NCBI GenBank assembly: GCA_012295275.1
Contig: CM022677.1
Span: 4,278,001-4,342,000 of the forward strand
DNA: 64,000 nucleotides
Reading direction: 5' to 3'
From: Chrysomallon squamiferum
Taxonomy: Eukaryota; Animalia; Mollusca
How positions within the stretch are numbered: position 1 is the first letter of the stretch; the number at the start of each line of letters is the position of its first letter. Under the pieces are notes generated by a model. That model was not told the DNA's origin. It saw only the letters and a list, made by a program, of their open reading frames with translations, and searched no databases. Both the position numbers and the translations under genes were made by a program. Of the stretch, positions 40,804 through 54,500 are shown piece by piece.

Positions 40804-41530
40804 TAACAAATTAATAATAAAAAGTTGCAGTAGTAATAAGAAGCAAAATAAAACAAAGAAAAAATTAAATAAATAAATGAAATATGACAATTAGTAAATG
40901 AAAAAAGGAAGGGAAACTGAGAAGAAATGTCCATCACTATCTTATAATATAATATATTACTTGATTTAAACAATTAAATATTTACAAGTAAACCATTTCT
41001 ACCTTGCTGGCATTTCTTTTATTTTTTTTATTATTCCAGACGTAATCAATGAATAATTCAGACTTGAAGTTTTATAATCCTTTATCAGTTTATGATTTAT
41101 CAAGTTTATGGAATAGTTGACTAACACAGGTCCGTAAATCATCAAACGTAAACATTCTGGTTGTAAAGGCTTGCCAGCTACTTACTTTGAAATGGCTTCA
41201 TCCACTTTTGAAAACTACCAAATGTAAATAAAATCATTAATTATGTTCTTACTTACCCTGCCAGACAAAAACAATCAACACAAGATATCACCGTCGGGCT
41301 CATATCCACGTGGATCTCATGAGGTTTTTCGCTTTTCTTCAACGACCGGTCCGATTTAACTGACGTAAAACTGGTGCCGTCATCATTCAAAAGCATGTTA
41401 ACAATGTAATCTTCACTAAACTACCTGAATCCTTACTGACAGCTTTTCAAAGATATAGTGGTATCTCTTAAATAATCCAGAGAGAAATTCACCGGCAGAT
41501 TGTGTAAGCGATTCGTCCGCCATTGTTTTA
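37484..41530 (-). pseudogene. CAMSAP: CAMSAP/Patronin unprocessed pseudogene, 5' part (N-terminal and CH-domain exons)
   Basis: Exons with GT-AG boundaries: 40584-40674 (LQKVYGENVPNEFKEPFYEKSD, 91 nt); 39533-39618 (NAHIPLIDVLMMT*TSEVVS); 38620-38737 (S*ITTFNTTSELPSDTEVTVVFWLNKVC); 38219-38347 (PVMTDILKDV/DGCTVPIV*SFYC); and from 37902 (DTC*EDGLGLVNSLCNLCLIKTFCDQHL...FTYKDLL*TRDSIQENLSAFLTELIF). They are collinear with CAMSAP AKAYG..VP.E+++PFY, AH+A+ID.LM.AY, ELP.D.EDA+.FWINK, L+KD..DGC...+.FYCP and DICL....+ADSLYNL.L+..FC. A candidate first exon ends at the donor near 41257. Confidence 0.88.
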
Positions 41531-41800
41531 AGCTTGTGTAACCGAGCAGTGATAGAGTTACATCCCTTTTGGGGGCGGAGTTATAATGTCAGCTGAGGTC
41601 ATTACAACCGTATACACCCTGCTTCATACTACTGTGACAAATACAGCAGACTTCAGTGATAATGTATGTCAGTATACGCAGCCATTATTTGTGTGTATAA
41701 ACACATGCATTTAAAAAATGTCTCTGTTTATTTATGTGTTTATTTAATCTGATTTATATTTCTTTCGGCATGCCAGTGATCATCACTTTAAACCTGCAGG
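41250..41800. promoter_or_regulatory. CpG-retaining putative bidirectional promoter between the CAMSAP (-) and MARS (+) relics
   Basis: Local CpG excess. YY1-like ccgccattgtt (~41517-41527) and gcagccattatt (~41678-41689), GC box gggggcggag (41571-41580), tgaggtca. Divergent donors at ~41257 (-) and ~41790 (+). Confidence 0.5.
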
Positions 41801-42880
41801 GTTAGTTAACTCACATACACAGAATTATGTAAATATAATTATATATCATATGCATAACATACACACTAATATATGTACCTGCATGTATACTATTGAATGT
41901 TATTTTTAAAAAACAATCCTATTTGTGGTATTATTATAGGTTTTGAGATAACATGGAAACATAATGATGTTTTATATTACTGTCTGAACTGAAATCAGTT
42001 CTTCCACATTTGAAACACACACACACACACACACACAGAAAATGAAAATAATTAAAGATGGAAATAATGTTAATGGATTAACAGCTTTGATACCATGTTA
42101 ATGGATAAATTTTTTATTTATTTTTTATTTTTTTTTATATTAAATTTTAGTTTTATTTATTATCTTTTTATCTACAGTTTTTTGTTTTTATTTTTTATTA
42201 ACTTTTTTGTAGTTTTATTTTCTCTTTTATGTTACTGACATCATCTACAGTTCTTTTGTTTTTATTTTTTTTATTATTCTTTTTAAGTATATATTAATAT
42301 TTTCTCTTATTATGTTACAGATATCATCTACAGTTCTTTTGTTTTTTTATTTTTGTATTATTCTTTTTAAGTGTATATTAATATTTTCTCTTATTATGTT
42401 ACAGATATCATCTGAATTGTTTTATTTTGATTTGTTTGTCCCATTATATTTGTATAATGATTAAAATATGTTATGACACACTATGTATTTAAATATTTAA
42501 TTAATTTTAAATTTATTTTTCTTTACAGAGGATATGAAACTGTTTCCTGCAGTGATGACTTGGGGATGTTCTGTTCTTACACAAACACCTGTAACTGAAG
42601 CAGTTAAATTTGTCACTGTTAATCAAGGACTTAACTCGTTAAAGGTAAATGTTTAAAAATTTGTGAAGAACCAGTAATATTCTTGTATGAGTGTTAAAGT
42701 CAAAGAATGAGGAATTTTCATTCAGTTTACTGTTGTTGTTGTTATTTTCACAGTATTTATTATTATAAACTAAATTGTTGTAGGATTCAGGTCAGTGTTA
42801 TGAACTTAATGGAAAAAAAAATCACAACATTTTTTATTCAGCTTATTATTAATGTTGTTTTCTTTCATCTTCTTGTTTTC

Positions 42881-42926
<46 letters not shown>

Positions 42927-43739
42927 CATCATCATCATCATCAGTATATATATATATTATTTGAATAATTATTATTATATGCTATGTTCATTCATTCATG
43001 ATTTCTCATGTTGCATATAAAACATCCTTTAATTGCCAGTGAAGAACTTTCATAGAGGAATTTCTCTTTGTACAATTTCTATTCATAAATTTAGTTTTAT
43101 ACTTAAGAAATATTAATATTTAAAAACTTTTAACATGACATTAATGATTCACTGTAAATGTAATCATTCTACATATATGAATCATGATAACCAGTAATAT
43201 TAAAAAAGTACAGAGATATTATTAAATATTCATTTTTATTCTTATTTATATACAGCCTTTATAGCAGAACTCTTTGCTATTTCATCCTGGTTTAACATCT
43301 GTAAGTTCTGAAATCAGGAAACTGAAATGAACTCAGACTGGACAAAGTTCTGTACCAAAACATCATGGAAAGTAAAACCTGCACAAACTATTGTAAGTTT
43401 GTCTTTATTATTATGTTTATTAGATTAATATTATTCTTATTGTGTGTGTGTGTGTGTTTGTTGGGAGGATTGTTTAAGAATGTTGGTAATGAGATAAAAG
43501 ACATGGAAAATGTTGGATCAACTCAGGTAAAATTATAATTATAATTAACCTTTATGATTTCAGAACATTATTACCCTGTACAAGTGACAGAATTAAATAT
43601 TTTAAAATGTAAGCAGTTGTCACATAATGTTACTAAACAAATCCTATCACCTTACTATAATAATACTGATAAATAAATAATAAATTAACTTTACAAAATC
43701 AAATTCAATATTTATTAAATATGTTGCAGTAGCTTTAGT

Positions 43740-43798
<59 letters not shown>

Positions 43799-43922
43799 AT
43801 ATATATCGAGCCATACATTTCAATATGTATATGTACCTGCACTATCTTTTATTTATTTATTTATTTTCTGTAGTTACTTACCTGTTTCCTTATTTATTTA
43901 TTTATTTATTTATTTATTTTAG

Positions 43923-44555
43923 TTTATCCAGAACATGGCAAAAGGAATATATTAGTCACCAGTGCTTCACCATATATCAGCAGTGTTCCTTCACCATGGC
44001 AACATCCACTGGTTGTGTAGTCAGTTCTTATGTTTTCTCCAGGTAACAGATTTTATTTTTTGTGTTAGAGTTATCTGCCTTTGCAAATTTCTGTTTTATT
44101 ATTTTAGCTTTTTGAACTATTCTATTTGTATTGTTATTTTTGTTTGTTTTATTTTAAATAACATATTATGATTTCATTATTTGATTAGTAGTATTAAGGT
44201 CTTTACAAAAATTAGTTATATATGTTATTGTTATTTCAGTTAATTTTATTATTATTTAATATGTATGTTATTCTTATTACAATTAATTTTATTATTACTT
44301 ATTATATATGTTATTATTATTACAGTTAATTTTATTATTACTTATTATATATGTTATTACAGTTAATTTTATTATTACTTGTTTTAGTGTGATTATTTCA
44401 GAATGTTCAAAGAGTGGCTATCACAATATGAGAGGTCACCAGTGTGATGTATGTGACTCATCAATGCTGTAGAAATGAAAAACACAAAATATAAATCTTG
44501 TAAGTCATTACCAGTCATTAAAACATCACATCAACTATTTTTAGATTCACCAAAG
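43923..44555 (+). pseudogene. MARS1: Cytoplasmic methionyl-tRNA synthetase unprocessed pseudogene fragments
   Basis: Exon 43923-44042 PEHGKRNILVTSASPYISSVP/HHGNI/TGCVVSSYVFSR corresponds to [33 protein letters not shown] (HIGH motif). Exon ~44402-44555 ECSKSGYHNMRGHQCDVC/LINAVEMKNTKYKSCKSLPVIKTSHQLFLDSPK corresponds to the CP zinc knuckles [34 protein letters not shown]...HLFLDLPK. Frameshifted. Candidate upstream exons at 42530-42644 and 43255-43392. Confidence 0.88.
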
Positions 44556-44830
44556 TTAAACCTGATTTGTTTTTTCTTGATTCATTTGCTGGTAAAGTTT
44601 GAATTCCTTCTAAACTTTTTTTTTCAGTTAAGTATGTCAATTCTAAAGATTTCAACATTTGTTTGGTGGGGTATGAATTTAATAGTTAACATTTATTTAT
44701 GGTTGTCATTATATAAGAAAATGCTAAATTATTAGAATATTTTAATAAGTAAATAATTTTAGTGGTTTTACCAAATAGTAGTATTCAGCTTAATGATAAC
44801 TGTTCTTATCCATTTGTATGAGACCAGTAT

Positions 44831-44872
<42 letters not shown>

Positions 44873-45959
44873 ACTCATCCTATATATATTTATTTGTATT
44901 TCATCGCTGACTTAGAAAACAACTATCTTGAAGCAGGATCTTGTTTCCTTCTTCTTTCGTGATTATTATTTTATTCCTTACCCTCCTCTACCCTGTCTAC
45001 AACCCTCATTTTAAAAAATTATTAAATTATGTTTGCTGTTTATTAAAATATTTTAATTTCTTTCATTTATTTATTTATTTATTTATTGATTTATTATTTT
45101 GAATATTTTAATTTACACTTACTTTTTATTACATTTATAAGAAAAGTGAAAGTTAAATAGTTAACTTGTATGTGTGTGTGCTCTTGTTTTGTAATTAAAG
45201 CTACATTATTTTTGTATTTTCTTTATTTAATGTTCAGTGATAATTCTTGCTTATATGGACATACCTGGAAACCCTCTTGGTCTTTTCAAAGATGTCACAG
45301 AAAGATCTCTGGCCTTGTTAATGGAAATGTGAGTGGATTTCCTAAAAATGTTGTCATGTGTTTCTAATTCTGCAGCAAATTTAGTTGTGATAGTTCCCTG
45401 TATTACATCTCTTTCAGGGAATGATATTTCATTTAATAAGAAATAAAAGGTTTAATGTTTTAATTAAAAAAATATTTTTTTAATTCTTTCTGTCATTTTG
45501 AAACAATGTAAATAAAATGATATAAAAGGTTGTGACTTAAAATCATGACTAGAAAATTACATTGCAACCTTACTGAATACTTTCATTATGTTGTTTTGAT
45601 AACCATACAAATGCAAACTTTACTTCTGTGAATGAACTGTTTTATATTCTTAAACAACAAAAAAAATCCACACATTTATTTAAGTATTTTATTAACTTGT
45701 AATGGTAATGGATGCACTATTTCTTACTAGAAACAAAATTAATGAAATAATAATATATTTCTTTATTTCTTTCTTTATTTATTTCTTTATTTATTTATAT
45801 ATTTTTTGTTTGTTTGATGAAATTAATAAATTGTAAATTATTTCAAGATTATGAACATCTTGTACAGGTAGCAGTTCTGTATTTGACAGGTACAATCTCC
45901 ATGGAGACCAGTACACTCAGACTGGTGAACTAAGAAAAAGGGAGGTAATTCATCAGGTC

Positions 45960-46270
45960 ACATTGCAGCAGGTGTTAAGAGTCTGTGATATGAAACACTG
46001 GTTTTACACTCTTCACGCAGAATTCCAGGACATCACATACCCTCTTGTTTGCATGTTCCTTCCAAACAAGACTCAAGCTACATATGTCTCAGTTTTTCAA
46101 CTCTTGAAGATTGAAGCAGAAAAAAACTTCAATTTGAAGCCACAGATTATCTAGACCGACTTTGAGAAAGATGTCTCCAGTGCAGCAGTGAAAGAGTTCA
46201 AGGAGATGTTTTTTCAGCAGTGCACAAGCTCTGTGAAGAAAGATTCAGCATATTGGTCATACAAAGAAGA
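45960..46270 (+). mobile_element. MULE transposase catalytic-core relic
   Basis: FYTLHAEFQDITYPLVCMFLPNKTQATYVSVFQLLK...PQII*TDFEK matches MULE LYTIH.....FPLV+.LLP.K...TY...F..L....P..I..DFE. Confidence 0.8.
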
Positions 46271-46959
46271 TTCTGGTAACAGTAGTGTAAGATTTAGAAG
46301 CACCTAGTTAAAGTTCTTAGTGATTAGGTAAAAGACAATGTGTAGTAATATACTGACAGATTAGTCTTGAAGTTTGTTTTCATTAATATATATTCTATAA
46401 AATGTTAAATGCCTTCAGTTATTTTACACCTAATATCAAACTATATTATAGTATATAATTAATTTATTTTTGTTTTTAATTTACTTTTTTATTTGTTTTA
46501 TATTTATTTATTATTTTTTTGTTTTGAGGATTTAGATTTTATATTAAAATAAACTAATGTAGTATTAATTAATTCACAGTGCAGGAAAACTATAGTCATA
46601 CTGGTGAAAATACTGTTTATTAATGTTTAATATATTTGTATTATTTTATTTTATATTTTTAATTATCTTTTAATTTATTAAACATCCTTTTTTAGTTTTG
46701 GTTGTAGAGTTCATAACAATTAATAATGGCATTTAATCAAAAATATTTGTATTTATTACAGGGATTCTTGAAAGGTCCTGGTGGATAATGGAGTTATTGA
46801 AACTGTGTTCAAGTCTGTTTCAGGAATGTTTGATTTGACGTCTGCTCTGAATTCCAATCACAGACAGAACCCAGCTTGAATCCATCCCCAGAGATGTTGC
46901 TGTGTTCTGGTGGGTTGCTTCCAGCACATTCAAGTCCACAAACAGAGTTCAGCAGCTGC

Positions 46960-47185
46960 AGTTGTCAGTGGTAATATTTTTACTCACAGTTTTAATATGT
47001 TAATGATACACAACACAACACAACTGAGTTGAGGTATTTTTACTCAGTTGTCAGTGGTAATATTTTTACTCACAGTTTTAATATGTTAATGATACTCACC
47101 ACAACTGAGAGGAAAGCTGCTCAGTTGTCAGTGGTAATATTTTTACTCACAGTTTTAATATGTTAATGATACACAACACAACTTA
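46960..47185. repeat. Triplicated ~75-85-bp unit containing an exon donor
   Basis: cagttgtcagtggtaatatttttactcacagttttaatatgttaatgatac occurs three times. Confidence 0.9.
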
Positions 47186-47969
47186 TTTATTTATATATTT
47201 TGTTGGCTTTTGGTTTTTAAAATTATTTTTATTTATTTTATTTGATATATATTTTTTATTATTTATTTTTTTTGTTGTTGTTGTTATACTTATTAACATT
47301 TGTTTAAATTAAATGGAATTTATTTCAAATAAATATTTAAAATGTTAGTTTTATTTTCAGTGTTATTACTGAAGATTGACTGTACTGAAGCAGTGCTGGA
47401 GAAAAAAGTTCATGTTTTCTCTGATCACATGAAAACAGGTTTACTTTCTCAGCTGTTTTCATTAATACAACAGAATTAATTGACCATTCATTACATGTGG
47501 GTTTTTCAAGCACTGAGTGTGAAAAGATGAACATGATATGAACATAAATTCAGATTATAAGAGAGTTGTATTCACTTTTTTTAAATTATTTATTTTATAT
47601 ATTGTTTTTGCTTTAACTATAGATATATAAATAAATAAATATGCAAATAGTTTTTTTTAATTATTATTTTCAGATATGATTTGTTTGCTGTTTCTTCATA
47701 ATTAATTTTTATATTTATATTCGTATTATTTTTTATTATTTTTATTTAAATAAAAATGTGTTTTGTCTTATTTTATTTTTATAAATTCCTTCAGGATCAT
47801 TAATATAAATAATTTGTGTTTTTCAGAATCCAGTGTCAGATCAGCCCAGGAGACAGTCTACCACTCTGAGCTGACAACAAAAACAGAGGAAGAATTTTCT
47901 GTGAAACATCCAGTCAGATGTGAGAAGTCAGCCATTGATTAGAAAGTGAGTGAATTTGTTACACAGAGC

Positions 47970-48465
47970 TTACATTTAGATTTAGTAACTGAAATACACA
48001 CATACAGTCATGTTAACATTTAGATTTAGAAACTGAAATACACACATACAGTCATTTGTTACACATGTTAACATTTAGATTTAGTAACTGAAATACACAC
48101 ATACAGTCATGTTAACATTTAGATTTAGAAACTGAAATACACACATACAGTCATGTTAACATTTAGATTTAGAAACTGAAAAACATACAGTCATGTTAAC
48201 ATTTAGATTTAGAAACTGAAAACATACAGTCATGTTAACATTTAGATTTAGAAACTGAAATACACACATACAGTCATGTTAACATTTAGATTTAGAAACT
48301 GAAATACACACATACAGTCATGTTAACATTTAGATTTAGAAACTGAAATACACACATACAGTCATGTTAACATTTAGATTTAGAAACTGAAATACACACA
48401 TACAGTCATGTTAACATTTAGATTTAGAAACTGAAATACACACATACAGTCATGTTAACATTTTA
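47970..48465. repeat. 44-bp minisatellite, about 11 units
   Basis: Unit catgttaacatttagatttagaaactgaaatacacacatacagt. Confidence 0.95.
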
Positions 48466-50402
48466 AATGTTAACTTAGTACATTAATATCAAGAAAGTGA
48501 ATGATACTTTGTAGAATTATTTCATCTATACTTCAAACTTGATTTATTCAAACTTGTGTGTTAAAGTCAGATGTCCCCTTTCAATACTTTAGCTAACTTT
48601 TAAATAATAATTTGCTTTTGTTTCCAGTGAATGAAAGGATTATTAATGATACATTTTTTTATTTTTTTTATTACTTTACTGGATAAACTAGACATGCTGA
48701 CCAGAAAAATGTCAAATAATTAAGTCACAACCCATTTGAATCATATCTAATCTTTATTTTACATGTAAAATTGTATAATCCACATTAATATTGTTGGTAC
48801 AACTCAGAATATTATTTTATTTTAATTAAAACTTTTACATTTCTTAAATTTTCTGCTGGTTCTTTTATGATGAGCTTGGTTTGAGAATGAAAGAAAACAT
48901 GTGAGAAGTGATATCCTCTGATTCTAAAATCACTTCTCAATTTCCCCTCCAAGTTCTTCAAGTTTTCTGATCACTCTGAACTAAGAAAATGAAACATCTC
49001 AACAACAAATATGAAGAACTGAATTCTTGGATAAAGTTGAAAGCTTTTAGAAAGTTTCACACCAAAATAACATTTTAAAAACATTACTAGTGTGAATCAT
49101 GGACTGTTCTTACTGAAGAATGTGTAATGTGACATGGTTTTAGACTCAGTCACAGTGTTGTTGATGAAATCAGATGTACACAGAATGTTTGTACCAGACA
49201 CAGCACCAAGTACAGTCAAGTCTGTGAAAAAAAAAATATTTAAAAAAAAAAGGCTAAATCTAGAAATCTTTAACTGCTGCAAATCTTATGGCTCAAGGGA
49301 GATAATTTTATTTATATATTTATTTATTGATTTATTTTTATTTTAAAGAATAATCAACTTAATCACGTAATCCAAATATAAAATAACAAAGAATATAAAG
49401 ATTTCTGTTAAAGATTAAAAAGAAAAAAAACAAAGTATGTTAATAAAACATAAAGTGGAAGATGATACGTTGTTTGTAAGCTATATTATAAAGAAATTTT
49501 CTTAATGAATAATTTGCACATCACATTACCACATTATAGTTGTTTCTTAATTTTTTTTTTTTTTTTTTCTAACCAAATGTCTTGATATTGTTATTTTATT
49601 TTGTTAATATATTTTTATTAACAAAACAGAAATCTTGGTATTTTTGTGTTTTATAGCACTCAGCTCTTCAACAGCTTATGAAACATTTTATACCATGTTT
49701 TTTTTTTTTTTTTCAAAATTTCTAATTTAGGATTATTGTGTTTTCTGTTGTTTATTACATATTTTTAGCTAGCAGTTTCATCAGCTTGGGAAACAATTTC
49801 ATAAGAGTGGAGAACTTTTTTATTTACATAGTTTTGAAATAATTGTAGAAGTAATAGATGTAATTGTGGAGATAGTGATACAAATAATAGTTACACCGAT
49901 AGATAGATGTAAGTATGTTTTAACATTATGACTGGGTTAAGGAAAACAGGTCTGGACTGATTTCAGTATTCTATACCTGGTTTATGTTCAACAAAGATCT
50001 TTTTTATGGATTTCCCTGCAAATGTACACATGTATATTAATATTAATTTGCTATTTTAAAAACAAATGTAAATCATTTTGATACTTTTATAATATTTAAA
50101 TAGTTTATTCACATCTATGAGTTTATTTATATCTCTGTCTGTCTGAGTATTGTTATGTTAAATACTAAGTTACATGTTGTGTCTGTTAAAGTCATGTCTC
50201 ATAAAGCCATATTTCTATTGTGTTTTTTTGTTTATATATGAGTACATTGTTTATCCAAAATGTCTTCTTACTGCGTCGGATATATTTGGGTTCCTTAGCA
50301 ACGCAATAACATTCATGATTTGGGAACTGATCAACGAGAAGTTGACTGTTTTTAGGATTAAAATAGAAACTATTATAAGGAGGCAAATAAATAAAGCATA
50401 GT

Positions 50403-50489
<87 letters not shown>

Positions 50490-51057
50490 TCAATACACTG
50501 TTTAAATATTATAAAAGTATCAAAATTATTTACAATTTTACAGCAGAAATCGAATAATCAGCCTACTGGTGAAGCCGCTTTGTCTCTCAAAGGCGAGGTC
50601 CGAGCAATGTCACCAAAATTACAATAAAAGTAAAGAAAACATGTAATTGAGATGACGTACATATATTCCGTTTTCATAGCAATAGTAGTACACGTGTTTC
50701 ATGACTAGTTACATATATATTACAATGTAATGATTACAGCTATATTACCAATATCATCCAGTTAGTCGTTCAATTTCAGACAGGATTTATTGTTTCCAGT
50801 GTGGGGGTGTGTCTGTGTGTGGGTGTGGGTGTGTCTGTGTGTGTGTGTGTGGGTGTCTGTGTATGGGTGGGTGTGCGCATTTTCTCTCGAGTACAACATG
50901 TACGTTATTCGTGGTGGTGAATGATAACCAAGAAAGACCTGATTCCAGCAAGATTATTTTTCAGATTTAAAAATATATTAATTAATTAATTAATGATGAT
51001 AATACTACTACTACTATTACTACAACTAGTACTACTAACAGCAACACCAACAATAAC

Positions 51058-51092
<35 letters not shown>

Positions 51093-51318
51093 CAACAACA
51101 ACAACAACAATAATAATAATAATAATAATTAATTAATTAATAATATTAAGGTGTATTTCACAGAAAATAATAGCTTTTTTATTCATTGAGATTTGTCACA
51201 CACACATAAACAAAAATGTTTTCTGTTTCTTTTCTTAGATCTTTTTCTCTATATATTTTATTATTTCTGTGTTAGTCTTTACATGGACTGAGCGATAACT
51301 AAATAGCAATACGTAACT

Positions 51319-51518
51319 NNNNNNNNNNNNNNNNNNNNNNNNNNNNNNNNNNNNNNNNNNNNNNNNNNNNNNNNNNNNNNNNNNNNNNNNNNNNNNNNNN
51401 NNNNNNNNNNNNNNNNNNNNNNNNNNNNNNNNNNNNNNNNNNNNNNNNNNNNNNNNNNNNNNNNNNNNNNNNNNNNNNNNNNNNNNNNNNNNNNNNNNNN
51501 NNNNNNNNNNNNNNNNNN
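51319..51518. other. Assembly gap (200 N)
   Basis: Run of 200 N; the round length suggests a scaffolding placeholder. Confidence 0.99.
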
Positions 51519-54500
51519 ATGCACACACAGATTATAAATATACAAACATATACAATAAACATACACATAATATAATATATGCACACACAGATTATAGATA
51601 CATATACAAACATACAATAAACATACATAATATAATATAATATATGCACACACAGATTATAGATACATATACAAACATATACAATAAACATAAACATAAT
51701 ATAATATATGCACATACAGATTATAGATAAATATACAAACATATACAATAAACATACACATAATATAATATATGCAGATATATATATACAAACATATATA
51801 GATAATATATACAAAACATATACAATAAACATACACATAATATAATATATGCACACACAGATTATAGATACATATACAAACATATACAATAAACATACAC
51901 ATAATATAATATATGCACATGCAGATTATAGATACATATACAAACATATACAATAAACATACACATAATATAATATATGCACATACAGATACATAGATAC
52001 ATATACAAACATATACAATAAACATAATAATATATGCATACAGATTATAGATACATATACAAACATATACAATAAACATACACATAATATATATGCACAC
52101 ACAATAGATACATATACAAACATATAAATAAACATATATAATATATGCACACATACAGATTATAGATACATATACAAACATATACAATAAATACACATAA
52201 TATAATATATGCACATGCAGATTATAGATACATATACAAACATATACAATAAACATACACATATATATGCACATGCAGATTATAGATACATATACAAACA
52301 TATACAATAAACATACATATAAATATATGCACACACAGATTATAGATATACATATACAAACATATACAATAAACATATACACATATAATATATGCACACA
52401 CAGATTATACAAACATATACAAACATATACAATAAACATACACATAATATAATATATGCACACACAGATTATAGATACATATACAAACATATACAATAAA
52501 CATACACATAATATAATATATGCACACACAGATTATAGATACATATACAAACATATACAATATACATAATATATAATATATACATACATATGCAATTATA
52601 GATATATACAAACATATACAATAAACATACATATAATATATATACATGCAGATTATAGATACATATACAAACATATACAATAAACACATAATACATAATA
52701 TAATATATATACAAAACATGTACAATAAACATATAATATATACATAATACATAACAATAAACAATAAACATACATAATATAATATATGCACATGCAGATT
52801 ATAGATACATATACAAACATATACAATAAACATACACATAATATAATATATGCACACACAGATTATAGATACATATACAAACATATACAATAAACATACA
52901 CATATATAATATATGCACATGCAGATATAGATACATATACAAACATATAAATAAACATACATACATAATATAATATATGCACATAGATTATACATACATA
53001 TACAAAAACATACACATAATAAATATATAATATAATATACAATAAACATATATACATTATATACATATACAATAATATGCAACACAGATTATAGATACAT
53101 ATACAAACATATACAATAAACATACATATGCACATGCATATATATATATATAAAACATATATACATATACATATACACATAATTATAGAACATATACAAA
53201 CATATAATAAATGCACATAATAGATTATAGATACATATACAAACATATAAAATAAACATACACATAATATATATATATGCACATAGATTATAGATACATA
53301 TACAAACATATACAATAAACATACACATAATATAATATAATATATTATACAAATATATATAAAAACATACAATAAACAATAAACATACACATAATATAAT
53401 ATATATATACATACAGATTATAATACATATACATACATAAAATATAATAAACATATAATATAATATATATATATATACATGCACATATAATATATATACA
53501 AATATATATATAATACATATATACATATATATAATATATATATATAATATACAATAATAATACATATATAAAATATATGCATACACATAATATATATACA
53601 TATATAAAACATATACAAACATATAAACATACATACACAATATAATAATATATGCACACACAGATTATAGATACATATATAAACATATACAATAAACATA
53701 CACATAATATATATATGCACACATACATACATATACAAACATATACAATAAACATACACATAATATATGCACACACAGATATATAGATACATATATAAAC
53801 ATACAAACATATATACAAACATAAACATACATATATATATAATATATGCACATGCAGATTATAGATACATATACAAACATATACAATAAACATATACACA
53901 TAATATAATATATATGCATTATACATATACAAACATATAATAAACATACATAAAACATATTATAATAATATAAACATACAATAAATATAATATATATATA
54001 TACACACAGATTATAGATACATATACAAACATATACAATAAACATACACATAATATAATATATGCACACACAATAAACATATATATAATATATGATTATA
54101 GATACATATACAAACATATACAATAAACATACACATAATATAATATATGCACATATACAGATTATATATATATGCAACATATATACAAACATATACAAAC
54201 ATATACAATAAACATAATAATATAATATATGCACATGCAGATTATAGATACATATACAAACATATACAATAAACATACACATATATATATATATATGCAC
54301 ATACAGATTATATATATATACAAACATATACAAAAACATACAAATATATATATGCATTATACAAACATATACAAACATACATATATATATAATATATAAT
54401 ACATACAGATTATAGATACATATACAAACATATACAAAACATACATATACAATATACATATAATATATATATACAAACATATACAATAAACATATATATA

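Larger units (their letters stand above)
45237..47945 (+). pseudogene. Decayed exons of another gene, tentatively LYST/BEACH-family
   Basis: AG-GT-bounded pieces: 45237-45328 (IILAYMDIPGNPLGLFKDVTERSLALLME), 46762-46971 (VLVDNGVIETVF...RVQQLQLSV) and 47827-47945 (QRKNFL*NIQSDVRSQPLIRK). Loose resemblance to remembered LYST segments LLDNGLL, ALQLRV and ERKKVIQHI; unverified. Confidence 0.35.
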
